A stretch of 64,000 nucleotides of DNA from Oscillospiraceae bacterium. Its GTDB lineage: Bacteria > Bacillota > Clostridia > Oscillospirales > Oscillospiraceae. Below, in pieces: positions 1-10,496 of this stretch; the first letter of the stretch is position 1, and the number at the start of each line of letters is the position of its first letter. The position numbers and the translations under genes are program-made. The notes under the pieces are model-generated. The model was not told where the DNA came from and ran no database searches. It saw nothing but the letters and a program-made list of their open reading frames with translations. The stretch lies in the NCBI GenBank assembly GCA_015067975.1, contig SVLK01000001.1, forward strand, positions 21,513 through 85,512, written 5' to 3'.

Positions 1-195
1 ATGTTTATGGAAAATCCGGGAAAAGCTCTCTCCCGTGAGGAAATTTTGGATCTGGTGTGGGGACGCGACTATTTCGGCGAACTGAAGATTGTGGACGTGA
101 ATATTCGTCGCCTGCGTCTGAAGATTGAAGATAACCCCACTAATCCCACGTACATTACCACCGTATGGGGCTACGGCTATAAGTGGGAATTTTAA
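1..195 (+). CDS. OmpR/PhoB-family response regulator, C-terminal winged-helix part (truncated by window start)
   Basis: LSREEILDLVWG...IVDVNIRRLRLKIEDNP..P.YI.TVWGYGY is the Trans_reg_C signature; directly upstream of a sensor kinase. Confidence 0.93.
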   Translation: MFMENPGKALSREEILDLVWGRDYFGELKIVDVNIRRLRLKIEDNPTNPTYITTVWGYGYKWEF

Positions 196-238
196 CCAGG
201 TTATACCTTATTATAATTAGGGAAAGGAGGCGGCAGGA

Positions 239-1666
239 GTGAAAACGAGATTGCTGGAGATCCGCGGTTTGCGCAAGCGTTGGATCATCAATAGTGTTGG
301 TCCTATGATCGTGGTGCTGATGCTGTTGGCGATTTTGGGCGCCTTGGGCATTACCAGCTTTTATTATAGCAGCGCCCTGTCCACGCTGGAGGCGAAAGCC
401 ACGGCCGGTGCAGATTATTTCAACACATACGGTATGAGTAACTATAACGAGTATTACCGCAGTGCTACGTTGTATGCCGCCACCTTTGACAGTGCTGACA
501 GTATAGAATTGCAGTTTATCAACCGTTACGGACGTATTGAAGCATCTACCCGCGGTCTGATGTCGGGCACTGAGCCGAGAACTACGGAAATTGCGCAGGC
601 GATGCTCAGCGGAAAAATGTCTTCGTTCAATGGGGAAGCCCCCCAAACGGGTGAGAAGATTCTGGCAGTCAGCTGCCCGTTGACCTTTAACGGCACGGTG
701 GTGGGCGTGATGCGCTATGTCACCGCAACGCGTAATCTGGACCGGCAGATTTTGCTGACGGCCTTGTCGATTTTGGGTGTGATGCTGGTCATGTGCGGCT
801 TGTTGGCCATTTCCAGCTTGATTTTTATCAATAACGTGGTGGCTCCCGTGGCGGAAGTGACAGAAGCGGCCAAACGCATTGCCGGCGGCAGCTACGGCAT
901 CCAGATTCCTAACCATTACAGCGATGAAATGGGTGAACTGGTGGACAATGTCAACCATATGTCGCTGAAAATCAGTCAAAGTGAAAAAATGCAGACGGAG
1001 TTCATCTCCTCTGTTTCTCATGAACTCCGCACGCCTTTGACGGCAATCAACGGCTGGGGCGAAACGCTGGAGGAAGAGCAGGATCCCGAACAGCTGCGCC
1101 GGGGCATGGGCATTATCACCAAGGAAGCCCGCCGCCTGACCAACATGGTGGAAGAACTGTTGGAGTTCTCCAAAATGCAGGATGGCCGGTTTACACTGCG
1201 AGTGGAGGATATGGACCTGCAGGCTGAACTGGAAGATGCCATTTATACTTACCGCCAGCTGTTCCGACAGGATGGGATTGACCTGACGTATGATGATGGC
1301 GGTGAAATGTACGAAAATCCCATCATTGGCGACCCGGAGCGTATCAAACAGGTACTCTGCAATTTGTTGGATAACGCAGCTAAGCACGGTGGCAGCGGCA
1401 AACGCATTCATGTGACCATGCGCCGTAAGGAAGACGATTACGTGGTACAGATCCGCGACTTCGGCCCCGGTATTCCGGAGGCGGAACTGCCGTTTGTCAA
1501 GCAAAAGTTTTATAAAGGATCCTCTAAGGCTCGTGGCAGCGGTATCGGGCTTGCTGTGTGCGATGAAATTCTGAGTCGCCATGGCGGAGCGCTGCAAATT
1601 GACAATGCAGAGGGTGGCGGCACGGTGGTAAGCGTGATCCTGCCTGTTAAAACAGAAGAAAACTAA
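239..1666 (+). CDS. Membrane sensor histidine kinase (2 TM, HAMP, HisKA, HATPase)
   Basis: H-box FISSVSHELRTPLT, N-box NLLDNAAKH, G1 DFGPGI, G2 GSGIGL; GTG start with AAAGGAGG RBS. Confidence 0.95.
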   Translation: MKTRLLEIRGLRKRWIINSVGPMIVVLMLLAILGALGITSFYYSSALSTLEAKATAGADYFNTYGMSNYNEYYRSATLYAATFDSADSIELQFINRYGRIEASTRGLMSGTEPRTTEIAQAMLSGKMSSFNGEAPQTGEKILAVSCPLTFNGTVVGVMRYVTATRNLDRQILLTALSILGVMLVMCGLLAISSLIFINNVVAPVAEVTEAAKRIAGGSYGIQIPNHYSDEMGELVDNVNHMSLKISQSEKMQTEFISSVSHELRTPLTAINGWGETLEEEQDPEQLRRGMGIITKEARRLTNMVEELLEFSKMQDGRFTLRVEDMDLQAELEDAIYTYRQLFRQDGIDLTYDDGGEMYENPIIGDPERIKQVLCNLLDNAAKHGGSGKRIHVTMRRKEDDYVVQIRDFGPGIPEAELPFVKQKFYKGSSKARGSGIGLAVCDEILSRHGGALQIDNAEGGGTVVSVILPVKTEEN

Positions 1667-1675
1667 GAAAACAAT

Positions 1676-1714
1676 CGAACAAGTGTTGCATTTTTGGAAC
1701 AAGTATGCTATGCT
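1676..1714 (+). promoter_or_regulatory. sigmaA-type promoter overlapped by LexA (Cheo/SOS)-like boxes
   Basis: CGAAC-AAGT-GTTGC (1676-1689) and GAAC-AAGT-ATGC (1697-1708); -35 TTGCAT 1686-1691, 17 bp, TG-n-TATGCT -10 at 1709-1714; heads the gene run containing recA. Confidence 0.5.
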
Positions 1715-1738
1715 TGGCATAGAAAGGAAACCGAACCT

Positions 1739-2698
1739 ATGGCGAAGAAAGAGAGTTCCTGCGCATTTCGCACATCCATTGGCGGACAGGCCCTGATCGA
1801 AGGCATTATGATGCGTGGCCCGGAAAAGCAGGCCATCGTGGTGCGTTCGGCGGACGGCCTTGTAACGAAGGTGGAGGAACTGAAGCTGATCAAAGACAAA
1901 TATCCCATTCTGGGCTGGCCGCTGATTCGTGGCAGTGTCAATTTTTTAAGCTCTATGATCAACGGCGTGAAAGCGCTGATGTTCTCGGCGGACTATTTTC
2001 CTGATGATGAAAATGCGCAGCCCGGTAAGCTGGATCTGTGGCTGGAAAAGCATGTTCCGGCCGAGAAACTGCAATCCGTGCTGATTGCGGTGTCTGTGGT
2101 GTTGGCGGTGGGTATGTCTGTGGGATTGTTCATGGTGCTGCCTGCCTTTATTGCCGGATTGCTGGGTCCCTATATCCATAACACGGCCTTGCTGAACCTG
2201 ATGGAAGGCTTGGTAAAGGTAACGCTCTTTTTGGCCTATCTGATCCTTGTGTCGCGCCAGAGCGATATTAAGCGCGTCTTTGCTTACCATGGTGCTGAGC
2301 ATAAGACTATTTTCTGTTATGAAGCCGGTTTGGAACTGACGGTGGACAATGTGCGTGTCCAGCCGAAGCACCATCCCCGCTGCGGCACCAGCTTTCTTTT
2401 TGTGGTCATCGTGGTGTCCATTCTTTTCAGCAGCGTGGTGTTCTCCTTTGTGGACGGTCACCGTGCATGGATCCGCGTGCTGGTGCATCTGCTGTTGCTG
2501 ATCCCTGTGGTCAGTGTGACATACGAGTTTAACCGCTGCGTAGGCCGCCATGATAATGCGCTGACCCGTATCCTCTCTGCACCCGGTATGTGGCTGCAAA
2601 ACTTTACCACCAATGAACCCGATGACTCCATGATCGAGGTGGCCATTGAGGCTGTGAAACTGGTACTCCCGTCTGAGCAGGGCAAAGATCAGTGGTAA
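1739..2698 (+). CDS. DUF1385 (YqhQ-like) membrane protein
   Basis: IGGQALIEGIMMRGP, FAYHGAEHKTI, HPRCGTSF and TTNEPDDSMIEVAI motifs; start moved to ATG 1739 (RBS AAAGGA). Confidence 0.88.
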   Translation: MAKKESSCAFRTSIGGQALIEGIMMRGPEKQAIVVRSADGLVTKVEELKLIKDKYPILGWPLIRGSVNFLSSMINGVKALMFSADYFPDDENAQPGKLDLWLEKHVPAEKLQSVLIAVSVVLAVGMSVGLFMVLPAFIAGLLGPYIHNTALLNLMEGLVKVTLFLAYLILVSRQSDIKRVFAYHGAEHKTIFCYEAGLELTVDNVRVQPKHHPRCGTSFLFVVIVVSILFSSVVFSFVDGHRAWIRVLVHLLLLIPVVSVTYEFNRCVGRHDNALTRILSAPGMWLQNFTTNEPDDSMIEVAIEAVKLVLPSEQGKDQW

Positions 2699-2728
2699 AT
2701 CCGACAGAAAACGACAACGGAGCGTATT

Positions 2729-3595
2729 ATGGCCATTACATATAACAATTTGTATATGGATATCCGGCAAGAACTGCGAACTGCCGGCATTCAGGCGGCC
2801 ACGCTGGAGGCGCGGGAACTGGTGTGCTACGCATCGGGGAAAACGCGGCAGGAGCTGATGCGCGATGCGCGGCTTTATGTGCCTGCCGCCATCGAGGAGC
2901 AGGTGCGCACTTTGGTACAGCGCCATCTGGCCGGTGAGCCGGTAGCTTATCTTATTGGTGAGTGGGAGTTTTACGGCCTGCCGCTGGATATTTCCGAGCA
3001 TGTGCTGATCCCTCGTCCCGATACGGAAGTGCTGGCAGAGGAAGCCATTAAGTTTGTGCAGCCGTTGGAGGAATGTCGCGTGCTGGATCTGTGCGCCGGC
3101 AGCGGCTGTGTAGGTCTGGCCATCGCATCCCAAGCGCCCAAAGCGCGGGTGGTGCTGGGCGAACTGTCGGAGGGTGCACTGCGGATCTGTCGGCAGAATA
3201 TTCGCCGTAACGGCTTGAGCGGGCAAGTAGTTTCCCTTGCTATGGATGTAATGGCGGGCCCGCCTGCCCACATGGGCGAGTTTGATTGTATTGTGTCTAA
3301 CCCGCCCTATATTCCGCGGGCAGATATTGCCACGCTGGATGTGTCGGTGCGGGACTATGAGCCGCATATGGCGCTGGACGGCGGGGAGGACGGTCTGGAT
3401 TTTTACCGCACCATCTGCCGGGATTGGCAGGCTGTGATGCATGTGGGAACGCGCGTGCTGTTTGAAGTAGGCGTCGGTCAGGCAGACGATGTGCTGCGTT
3501 TGATGCGCAGCGCCGGTTTTGGCGATACCGAAGTGATTGCCGACCCGGCCGGAATTCCTCGCGTAGTGTGTGGTACGTTGTGTGATAGTGTATGA
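2729..3595 (+). CDS. prmC: Peptide chain release factor N5-glutamine methyltransferase
   Basis: GEPVAYLIG, VLIPRPDTE, VLDLCAGSGC SAM motif, IVSNPPYI, ALDGGEDGLDFYR. Confidence 0.96.
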   Translation: MAITYNNLYMDIRQELRTAGIQAATLEARELVCYASGKTRQELMRDARLYVPAAIEEQVRTLVQRHLAGEPVAYLIGEWEFYGLPLDISEHVLIPRPDTEVLAEEAIKFVQPLEECRVLDLCAGSGCVGLAIASQAPKARVVLGELSEGALRICRQNIRRNGLSGQVVSLAMDVMAGPPAHMGEFDCIVSNPPYIPRADIATLDVSVRDYEPHMALDGGEDGLDFYRTICRDWQAVMHVGTRVLFEVGVGQADDVLRLMRSAGFGDTEVIADPAGIPRVVCGTLCDSV

Positions 3596-3683
3596 CCGTC
3601 CCGATTTCGGGACAGATGAGACGATATACTGAGAACACGGTCAAGTGTTTTTGCGATAGAGTGAGATTGAAGGAGGACGTTCC

Positions 3684-4787
3684 ATGGCAGTGAAAAAGGA
3701 AACCGTAACGGCGAGTGCTGTATCCGATAAGAAGAAGGCGCTGGATACCGCCATGCAGCAGATCGAAAAAATGTATGGCAAGGGCTCCATTATGCGCTAC
3801 GGTGAAGATGCCCAGATGAATGTGGAGGCCATCCCCACCGGTTCTCTGGCGCTGGATCTGGCGCTGGGTATCGGCGGTGTGCCCAAGGGCCGCATCGTCG
3901 AAATCTATGGTCCGGAATCCTCCGGTAAAACCACGCTGGCGCTGCATATTCTGGCACAGGCCCAGAAGGCCGGCGGTGAGGTAGCCTTTGTGGATGCCGA
4001 GCATGCGCTGGACCCCACCTATGCCCGTGCTTTGGGCGTGCGGATCGAGGATATGCTGATCTCCCAGCCCGATACCGGTGAGCAGGCGCTGGAAATCACC
4101 GAAGCATTGGTGCGCAGTGGCGCTATCGATGTGGTAGTGGTGGACTCTGTGGCAGCACTGGTGCCCCGCGCTGAGATCGAGGGTGAGATGGGTGACAGCT
4201 TTGTGGGTCTTCACGCCCGTTTGATGAGTCAGGCGCTGCGTAAGCTGACCGGTATCATCAGTAAGACCAACTGCGTGGTGATTTTCATCAACCAGCTGCG
4301 CGAAAAGGTGGGCGTGATGTACGGCAACCCCGAAGTCACCACCGGTGGCCGCGCCTTGAAGTTCTACGCCAGCGTTCGTATCGACGTGCGCCGCGTGGAA
4401 ACGCTGAAAAGCGGCGGCGAGATGATCGGCAACCGCACCCGCGCCAAGGTGGTCAAGAATAAGGTGGCACCTCCCTTCCGCGAGGCGGAGTTTGATATTA
4501 TGTACGGCGAGGGCATTTCTCTGCTGGGTGAGCTGATCGATCTGGGTGTGAAGCTGGATCTGGTGCAGAAGAGCGGCTCGTGGTTCAATATGGGCGAGGT
4601 ACGCCTCGGTCAGGGGCGCGATGCTGCCAAGCAGTATTTCAAGGATCATCCCGAGGAGGCCGACAAGCTGGAGGCTGCAATCCGCCGTGATTTCCATAAG
4701 CTGATGAGCAACCAGTCCCGCATTGCCGCCCGTGCAGCTGGCCGTGCTGTGGATGTGTCCGCTGACGATTTTGACGATGCGGATTGA
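3684..4787 (+). CDS. recA: Recombinase A
   Basis: [16 protein letters not shown] Walker [37 protein letters not shown]. Confidence 0.99.
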   Translation: MAVKKETVTASAVSDKKKALDTAMQQIEKMYGKGSIMRYGEDAQMNVEAIPTGSLALDLALGIGGVPKGRIVEIYGPESSGKTTLALHILAQAQKAGGEVAFVDAEHALDPTYARALGVRIEDMLISQPDTGEQALEITEALVRSGAIDVVVVDSVAALVPRAEIEGEMGDSFVGLHARLMSQALRKLTGIISKTNCVVIFINQLREKVGVMYGNPEVTTGGRALKFYASVRIDVRRVETLKSGGEMIGNRTRAKVVKNKVAPPFREAEFDIMYGEGISLLGELIDLGVKLDLVQKSGSWFNMGEVRLGQGRDAAKQYFKDHPEEADKLEAAIRRDFHKLMSNQSRIAARAAGRAVDVSADDFDDAD

Positions 4788-5403
4788 GAAAATTGAACAA
4801 TCGAAGCATAAGCAGGAGCGAATCTTGGTGTATCTGGAGGGGGGCAGCCTCCTCCGGATCACTGCTGACACGCTCCTGCGCTTTGGCTTGCAGACGGGTA
4901 TGGACTTATCCGAGGAAACTGTGGTACAATTACAAGAAGCGCAGCATCGCTACGAGGTGCGCAGCCGCGGTGCCCATATGGCATCTAACCGCATGCTCTC
5001 AAAAAAGGAACTGACGGACCGCCTTGAACGTCGCGGCGCCAGTGAAGAAGAGGCGGAAGAAACTGCTGATTGGCTGGAAGAGTTGGGTGCATTGGACGAT
5101 GTGGGTTACGCTGCTGCTGTGACGCGCCACTATGGCCGCATGGGCTACGGTGCGCTGCGTGTGCGACAGGAACTGCAGCGCCGCGGCATTGACCGTGTGC
5201 TTTGGGATGATGCGCTGGCGCAGCTGCCCGATACGCAGGAGAGTATCGAACTGCTGCTGCGGCAAAAATGTAAAGGAAAGCAACCGACTGCCGAGGAGGG
5301 GCGCAAGCTCAGCGCTATGCTGCAGCGCCGCGGCTTCACGTGGCAGGAGATCCGCCCGGTACTCAGCCATTTTTTGGAGAACGAAGAGCTGCCGGAAGAT
5401 TGA
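4777..5403 (+). CDS. recX: Regulatory protein RecX
   Basis: Overlaps the end of recA; [28 protein letters not shown] and LQRRGF repeats; start ATG 4777. Confidence 0.9.
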   Translation: MRIEKIEQSKHKQERILVYLEGGSLLRITADTLLRFGLQTGMDLSEETVVQLQEAQHRYEVRSRGAHMASNRMLSKKELTDRLERRGASEEEAEETADWLEELGALDDVGYAAAVTRHYGRMGYGALRVRQELQRRGIDRVLWDDALAQLPDTQESIELLLRQKCKGKQPTAEEGRKLSAMLQRRGFTWQEIRPVLSHFLENEELPED

Positions 5404-5426
5404 ACACAGATTGTGAGGAAACGAAA

Positions 5427-6755
5427 GTGAAAGTATCCTTTATTTCGCTGGGCTGTGCCAAAAATACAGTCAATGCCGAACAGATGATGGCTTTGTGCCG
5501 CGATGCCGGCATGGAACTGCTCAGCGCGCCTGAGGGCGCCGATGTGGTGGTCATCAATACCTGCGGCTTTATCGACAGCGCTAAAAGTGAGGCCATTGAC
5601 AACATTCTGGCCATGGCGGAGCTGAAGGCAGAGGGGCAGATCGGCAAAATTCTGGTCACCGGCTGCCTGAGCCAGCGCTATAAGCAGGAGATCCTCTCCG
5701 AACTTCCGGAGGTGGACGGTATCCTTGGTACCGGCAGCTACAGTGAGATCGTGCCTGCGCTGCAGGAGGTCATGGGCGGCGGCACACCCTGCCGCTTCGG
5801 CAGCATCCATGCGCCGGTGGAGGAGCTGGACCGCGTGCTGACCACTCCCCCCTACGTGGCTTACCTTCGCATCGCCGAGGGCTGCGATAACCATTGCGCC
5901 TATTGCGTGATCCCCTCGCTGCGGGGCAAGTACCGCAGCCGCAAGATGGAAGATGTGCTCGCTGAGGCAAAAAAACTGGCCGATGATGGCGTTAAGGAAC
6001 TGATCATCATCGCGCAGGATATCACCCGCTATGGCATTGATCTCTACGGCAGTAAGAAACTTTCTGCGCTGCTGCGGGAACTGTGTAAGATGGACTTCCA
6101 CTGGATCCGTCTGCACTATCTCTATCCCGATGAGATCGACGATGAGCTGATCGATACCATCGCTGAAGAGCCGAAGATCCTGAAGTATCTGGATATTCCC
6201 ATCCAGCACTGTAACGACGCGGTGCTCAAGGCAATGAACCGCCGCAATACCAAGGAAGAGCTGTTGGAGCTGTTTTATACGCTGCGCGGCCGTATTGATG
6301 GTCTGGTGCTGCGCACCAGCTTGATCGCGGGTCTGCCTTTTGAAGATGAGGATGCTTTTGACGAACTGTGCAGCTTTCTGCGCGAGGTGCGCATTGAGCG
6401 TGCCGGTGTGTTCCCCTACTCTCCGGAGGAGGGGACGGCCGCAGCCAAGATGCTCAACCGTGTGGATACGGCTGAGGCGGAGCGCCGCGCTGAACTGATC
6501 GTGGATGTGCAGTCCGATATTATGGATGATTTCAATGAAAGCCGTATGGGCGAGATCACGGAAGTACTGTGCGAAGGCTGGGACGGCCAGTCCATGAGCT
6601 ACGTTGGACGCAGCTGGGCCGAATCTCCGGATATTGACGGACGCATTTATTTTACCGCTGAGCGGGAAGTGGCCGCGGGCGAATTTGTACCGGTGCGTAT
6701 CACCGGCGCCATGGACGGCGAGCTGACCGGTGAACTTTGGGAGGAAGAAATATGA
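5427..6755 (+). CDS. rimO: Ribosomal protein S12 methylthiotransferase
   Basis: SLGCAKN, INTCGFIDSAKSEAI, radical-SAM EGCDNHCAYC, C-terminal TRAM domain (SPDIDG); GTG start 5427. Confidence 0.95.
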   Translation: MKVSFISLGCAKNTVNAEQMMALCRDAGMELLSAPEGADVVVINTCGFIDSAKSEAIDNILAMAELKAEGQIGKILVTGCLSQRYKQEILSELPEVDGILGTGSYSEIVPALQEVMGGGTPCRFGSIHAPVEELDRVLTTPPYVAYLRIAEGCDNHCAYCVIPSLRGKYRSRKMEDVLAEAKKLADDGVKELIIIAQDITRYGIDLYGSKKLSALLRELCKMDFHWIRLHYLYPDEIDDELIDTIAEEPKILKYLDIPIQHCNDAVLKAMNRRNTKEELLELFYTLRGRIDGLVLRTSLIAGLPFEDEDAFDELCSFLREVRIERAGVFPYSPEEGTAAAKMLNRVDTAEAERRAELIVDVQSDIMDDFNESRMGEITEVLCEGWDGQSMSYVGRSWAESPDIDGRIYFTAEREVAAGEFVPVRITGAMDGELTGELWEEEI

Positions 6756-7276
6756 CAACTGCCAACAAATTGACCATTTTGCGTGTTTTGATGATCCCTG
6801 CTTTTCTGGCAGTGGTCTACTGGGGTTTCCCCGGCAGCACCTATTGGGCACTGGGTATCTATATTGTGGCCTGCCTCACCGACTGGGTGGACGGCTATAT
6901 TGCCCGCCACTATAATCAAGTAACCGATTTTGGCAAATTTATGGATCCGTTGGCTGATAAGTGTCTGGTGGTAGCAGCTTTGTGCTGGTTCGTGGAAAAC
7001 GGCCAAATGGCCGGCTGGGTGCTGGTCGTGGTGCTGGTGCGCGAGTTTGCCGTGTCCGGTATGCGCATGATTGCCGTGGAAAAGGGCCGCGTCATCGCTG
7101 CCGGCTGGTCCGGTAAGGTGAAGACCTCCAGCACCATGGTGTGCATCTGCCTGATGCTCTTCGGAATTCCCGATACGCTGAATCTGGTGTGTCAGGGCAT
7201 TATCCTTGTCACTACTGTTTATTCCGGTATCGAGTATTTTGTCAAGAACATTGACGTGTTTAAAAACATCAAATAA
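6752..7276 (+). CDS. pgsA: CDP-diacylglycerol--glycerol-3-phosphate 3-phosphatidyltransferase
   Basis: ANKLTILR, TDWVDGYIAR...TDFGKFMDPLADK CDP-alcohol phosphotransferase motif; usual rimO-pgsA synteny. Confidence 0.95.
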   Translation: MTTANKLTILRVLMIPAFLAVVYWGFPGSTYWALGIYIVACLTDWVDGYIARHYNQVTDFGKFMDPLADKCLVVAALCWFVENGQMAGWVLVVVLVREFAVSGMRMIAVEKGRVIAAGWSGKVKTSSTMVCICLMLFGIPDTLNLVCQGIILVTTVYSGIEYFVKNIDVFKNIK

Positions 7277-7303
7277 GGGAAAAAGTGATCGAGGGGTGCC
7301 CTC

Positions 7304-7332
7304 TTGACACGTAGAGGAACCTTTGTTACAAT
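7304..7332 (+). promoter_or_regulatory. sigmaA promoter of the T-box/cysS leader
   Basis: TTGACA 7304-7309, 17 bp, TG-n-TACAAT 7327-7332. Confidence 0.8.
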
Positions 7333-7344
7333 GAATTGCAATCA

Positions 7345-7577
7345 AATAGCGCGTTGAGCGGGAAGAGTATGCTTTCCCCTTCGCTCAGAGAGGTGCCGCC
7401 ACCGGCTGAAAGCGGCGCTGCGAAGACAAGCAGAAAGTGCGCCCGGGAGCGCGAGGGATGCAGATGCCCTCCGGCAGGCCACCGTCAACAGGCCAAAAGC
7501 GAGTGACAAACGAGAGTGGAACCGCGATTTTAGCAATGATCGCCTCTCATGCCTGCGGGCATGAGAGGCGTTTTTTT
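7345..7577 (+). ncRNA. T-box riboswitch (Cys) upstream of cysS
   Basis: Stem I with AGTA, AGAGA and GCTGAAA motifs; specifier TGC (Cys) at 7438-7440; T-box AAACGAGAGTGGAACCGCG (7508-7526) with UGGA bulge matching the U73-CCA end of tRNA-Cys; terminator CGCCTCTCATGCC/GGCATGAGAGGCG-T7 (7541-7577). Confidence 0.95.
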
Positions 7578-7615
7578 ATTTCAAAATATTAATTGATCAT
7601 AGAAGGAGACCTGTT

Positions 7616-9067
7616 ATGTATCTGTATAACTCTGCAACCCATAAAAAGGAAGAATTCAAGACCCACACCCCCGGCCGCGTGGAGATGTATACCTGCGGTC
7701 CTACCGTGTACCATTTTGCCCATATCGGAAACCTGCGCAGCTATATCATGGAAGATGTGCTGGAGAAGTACCTGCGCTTTGCCGGCTATGATGTGCACCG
7801 CGTCATGAATATCACCGACGTGGGCCACCTGACCTCTGACGCCGACGAGGGCGAGGATAAGATGCTCAAGGGCGCCAAGCGCGAAAATAAGTCCGTCATG
7901 GATATCGCCAAGTTCTATACCGACGCTTTCTTTGCTGATTGCGCCAAGCTGAACATCAAGACTCCCGATGTGGTGGAGCCTGCTACCAACTGCATCGACA
8001 GCTATATTGAGATCGTCTCCACGCTGATCGAGAAGGAATTTGCCTATGTGGCCGGCGGCAACGTCTATTTTGATTCCTCCAAGCTGGGCCGCTACTATGT
8101 GTTCAACGACCATAACGAGGAAGATCTGGCTGTGGGCGTTCGCGAAGGCGTGGAAGAGGATACCAACAAGCGCAATAAGAACGACTTTGTGCTGTGGTTC
8201 ACCAAGTCCAAGTTCGAAGATCAGGCCCTGAAATGGGATTCTCCCTGGGGTGTGGGTTATCCCGGCTGGCACATTGAGTGCACCGGCATCTCCCTCAAGC
8301 ACAACGGCGAGTATCTGGACCTGCACTGCGGCGGCGTGGATAATGCTTTCCCCCACCATACCAACGAGATCGCTCAGTCCGAGAGCTATCTGGGTCACAC
8401 CTGGTGCCCTCACTGGTTCCATGTGGCACACCTGAACACCACCGGCGGCAAGATGAGCAAGTCCAAGGGCGAGTTCCTCACCGTTTCCCTGTTGGAAGAA
8501 AAGGGTTACGATCCGCTGGCTTACCGTTTCTTCTGCATGCAGAGCCATTATCGCAAGAGTCTGGTATTCTCCTGGGAGAATCTGGACAACGCCGTGGTGG
8601 CTTATAATAAGCTGATCGCCCGCATCGCCGCACTGAAGACCGGCGGCGAGGTGGACAGCGTGGCTTACGATGAGCTGCGCAACAAGTTCGCCATGGTGAT
8701 GGATAACGACCTGAATACCTCCATGGGTGTTACTGTTCTGTACGATGTGCTCAAAGCCAAGACCGACGATGCCACCAAGCTGGCCGTCATTGACAGCCTC
8801 GACAGCGTGCTGAGCCTGAAATTGCTGGAAAAGGCCGCCCAGCTGCGTGCCCAGCAGGCTAAGGCTGCTGCCGCTCCTGCTGCCGGCTTCAGCGTTATCT
8901 CTGAGTCCGGCGAGGAGAACGCCGAGGTGGAGGCACTGATCCGTGCCCGCGCCGATGCCAAGAAGGCCAAGAACTTTGCCGAAGCAGACCGCATCCGCGA
9001 TGAGCTGAAGGCACAGGGCATCGAGATCATCGATGTGGCCGGCGGAGCCAAGTGGAAGCGCGTATAA
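7616..9067 (+). CDS. cysS: Cysteine--tRNA ligase
   Basis: MYTCGPTVY, HIGN (HIGH), GYPGWHIEC, FPHHTNEIAQ, KMSKSKG, ADRIRDEL. Confidence 0.98.
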   Translation: MYLYNSATHKKEEFKTHTPGRVEMYTCGPTVYHFAHIGNLRSYIMEDVLEKYLRFAGYDVHRVMNITDVGHLTSDADEGEDKMLKGAKRENKSVMDIAKFYTDAFFADCAKLNIKTPDVVEPATNCIDSYIEIVSTLIEKEFAYVAGGNVYFDSSKLGRYYVFNDHNEEDLAVGVREGVEEDTNKRNKNDFVLWFTKSKFEDQALKWDSPWGVGYPGWHIECTGISLKHNGEYLDLHCGGVDNAFPHHTNEIAQSESYLGHTWCPHWFHVAHLNTTGGKMSKSKGEFLTVSLLEEKGYDPLAYRFFCMQSHYRKSLVFSWENLDNAVVAYNKLIARIAALKTGGEVDSVAYDELRNKFAMVMDNDLNTSMGVTVLYDVLKAKTDDATKLAVIDSLDSVLSLKLLEKAAQLRAQQAKAAAAPAAGFSVISESGEENAEVEALIRARADAKKAKNFAEADRIRDELKAQGIEIIDVAGGAKWKRV

Positions 9068-9082
9068 AACTAAAGACACAAG

Positions 9083-9118
9083 AAATAGTGCGTCAGCAAT
9101 TGCTGGCGCACTATTTTT
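9083..9118 (+). terminator. Intrinsic terminator after cysS
   Basis: AAATAGTGCGTCAGC-AATT-GCTGGCGCACTATTT followed by T run. Confidence 0.8.
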
Positions 9119-9224
9119 CATACAATTAACGAAAAAATGTATATTTTTCTTGACACACACTGAACATGGGTGTAGGATATTGTCACAAAAAGTCAAAATA
9201 TTGGTAAAAATTGGTGGTGAGTAT

Positions 9225-9779
9225 ATGGAAATCAATCTGGCGGTGGCGGAAAACATCCAGCGCATCCGCAAAGCGCAAAAACTGAGCATCGACCGTGCGG
9301 CGGAGCTGGCCGGCATTTCCAAGAGCATGCTGGGGCAGATCGAGCGCGGCGCTGTGAATCCTACGATTTCCGTACTCTCCAAACTGGCACAGGGGCTGCA
9401 TGTACCGCTGGAAAAGCTGGTGGAACAAAACGAGGAAACACAGGTGGTTCTGCACCGCGGCGTGGACTTCCCCGGTCAGCGGCTCTATGGCGGCAAGGTG
9501 ATCCGCTATTCGTTGTTTCCCTACGATGCCGAGAGCGGCTGTGAGAGCAGTCAGCTGGATATTTTCATCTCCGGGGTTTATGAACTGCCCGATCAGATCC
9601 CCGGTACGCGGGTATATATCATGTTGATCTCCGGCACAGCAGAGGTCTGCATAGGGGAGGAATCTTTCCTTTTGGAAGCGCGGGATTGCCTGACGTTCCC
9701 CGGCAATCTGAAAGCCACCTATACCAATAAGAGCAACACTACGGTTCGCATCATTGAGCGGATCATGTATAAGCAATAA
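9225..9779 (+). CDS. XRE-family HTH + cupin transcriptional regulator (SutR/PuuR-like)
   Basis: LSIDRAAELAGISKSMLGQIERGAVNPTISVL HTH, C-terminal cupin-like strands; ATG 9225; promoter TTGACA 9150 / TAGGAT 9173. Confidence 0.88.
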   Translation: MEINLAVAENIQRIRKAQKLSIDRAAELAGISKSMLGQIERGAVNPTISVLSKLAQGLHVPLEKLVEQNEETQVVLHRGVDFPGQRLYGGKVIRYSLFPYDAESGCESSQLDIFISGVYELPDQIPGTRVYIMLISGTAEVCIGEESFLLEARDCLTFPGNLKATYTNKSNTTVRIIERIMYKQ

Positions 9780-9808
9780 AAAGAAGAGCCATGTGGCTCT
9801 TCTTTTTT
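9778..9808. terminator. Bidirectional terminator between convergent genes
   Basis: AAAAAGAAGAGCCA-TG-TGGCTCTTCTTTTT. Confidence 0.75.
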
Positions 9809-9813
9809 GCTGC

Positions 9814-10389
9814 TTAAAAATCCATTTCCGTGTGGGAGCAGACTTCTTGTATCTTGGCTCGCAGACGTTTTAGATCCACAAAGGTTTCCGGCTTTTTGCT
9901 CGGGTCGCGCAGCAATGCTGCGGGATGGTAGAGCGCCGTATATAAAGTGCCGTTTTTTTCAAAAAACTGTCCGTGTTCCTGTGTGATCTTGAAGTCCGGT
10001 TTGATCATCTCCATAGCGGAAATGCGTCCCAGACACACGATGATCTTGGGCTGCATCAGCTGCAGCTGCCGCTGCAGATAGCCGGCGCAGGCGTCTTTTT
10101 CCGTATTCAGCGGATCTCGGTTGTTGGGCGGGCGACATTTGATGCTATTGGTGATGTAGATGCGGCTGCGGTGCAGCCCGATCATGGCCAGCATGTCGTC
10201 CAGCAGCTGTCCTGCCTTGCCCACAAAAGGCAGCCCCTGTTCGTCCTCAGTGGCACCGGGAGCTTCGCCCACAAACAGAACCTCTGCCTGCGGTGTGCCC
10301 ATGCCGAAAACTACGTGGGTACGGGTCTGCGCCAATGCACAGGCCTGACATTGTAAACACCGCTGTTCCAGCGCTTCCCATTCGCCCAT
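9814..10389 (-). CDS. Uracil-DNA glycosylase, family 4 (4Fe-4S)
   Basis: CxxC (CQAC), [34 protein letters not shown]; ATG 10389 with AAGGAGG RBS. Confidence 0.93.
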   Translation of the reverse strand: MGEWEALEQRCLQCQACALAQTRTHVVFGMGTPQAEVLFVGEAPGATEDEQGLPFVGKAGQLLDDMLAMIGLHRSRIYITNSIKCRPPNNRDPLNTEKDACAGYLQRQLQLMQPKIIVCLGRISAMEMIKPDFKITQEHGQFFEKNGTLYTALYHPAALLRDPSKKPETFVDLKRLRAKIQEVCSHTEMDF

Positions 10390-10496
10390 AGCTGATCCTC
10401 CTTGTTTTTTCTCCAGTGTAGCAGAAAACCGGCCGCTTGGCAACTGCGGTATGAAGTGCGGTACAAGCGGAAAAGATAGACGGGGAGGTGAGAGTT

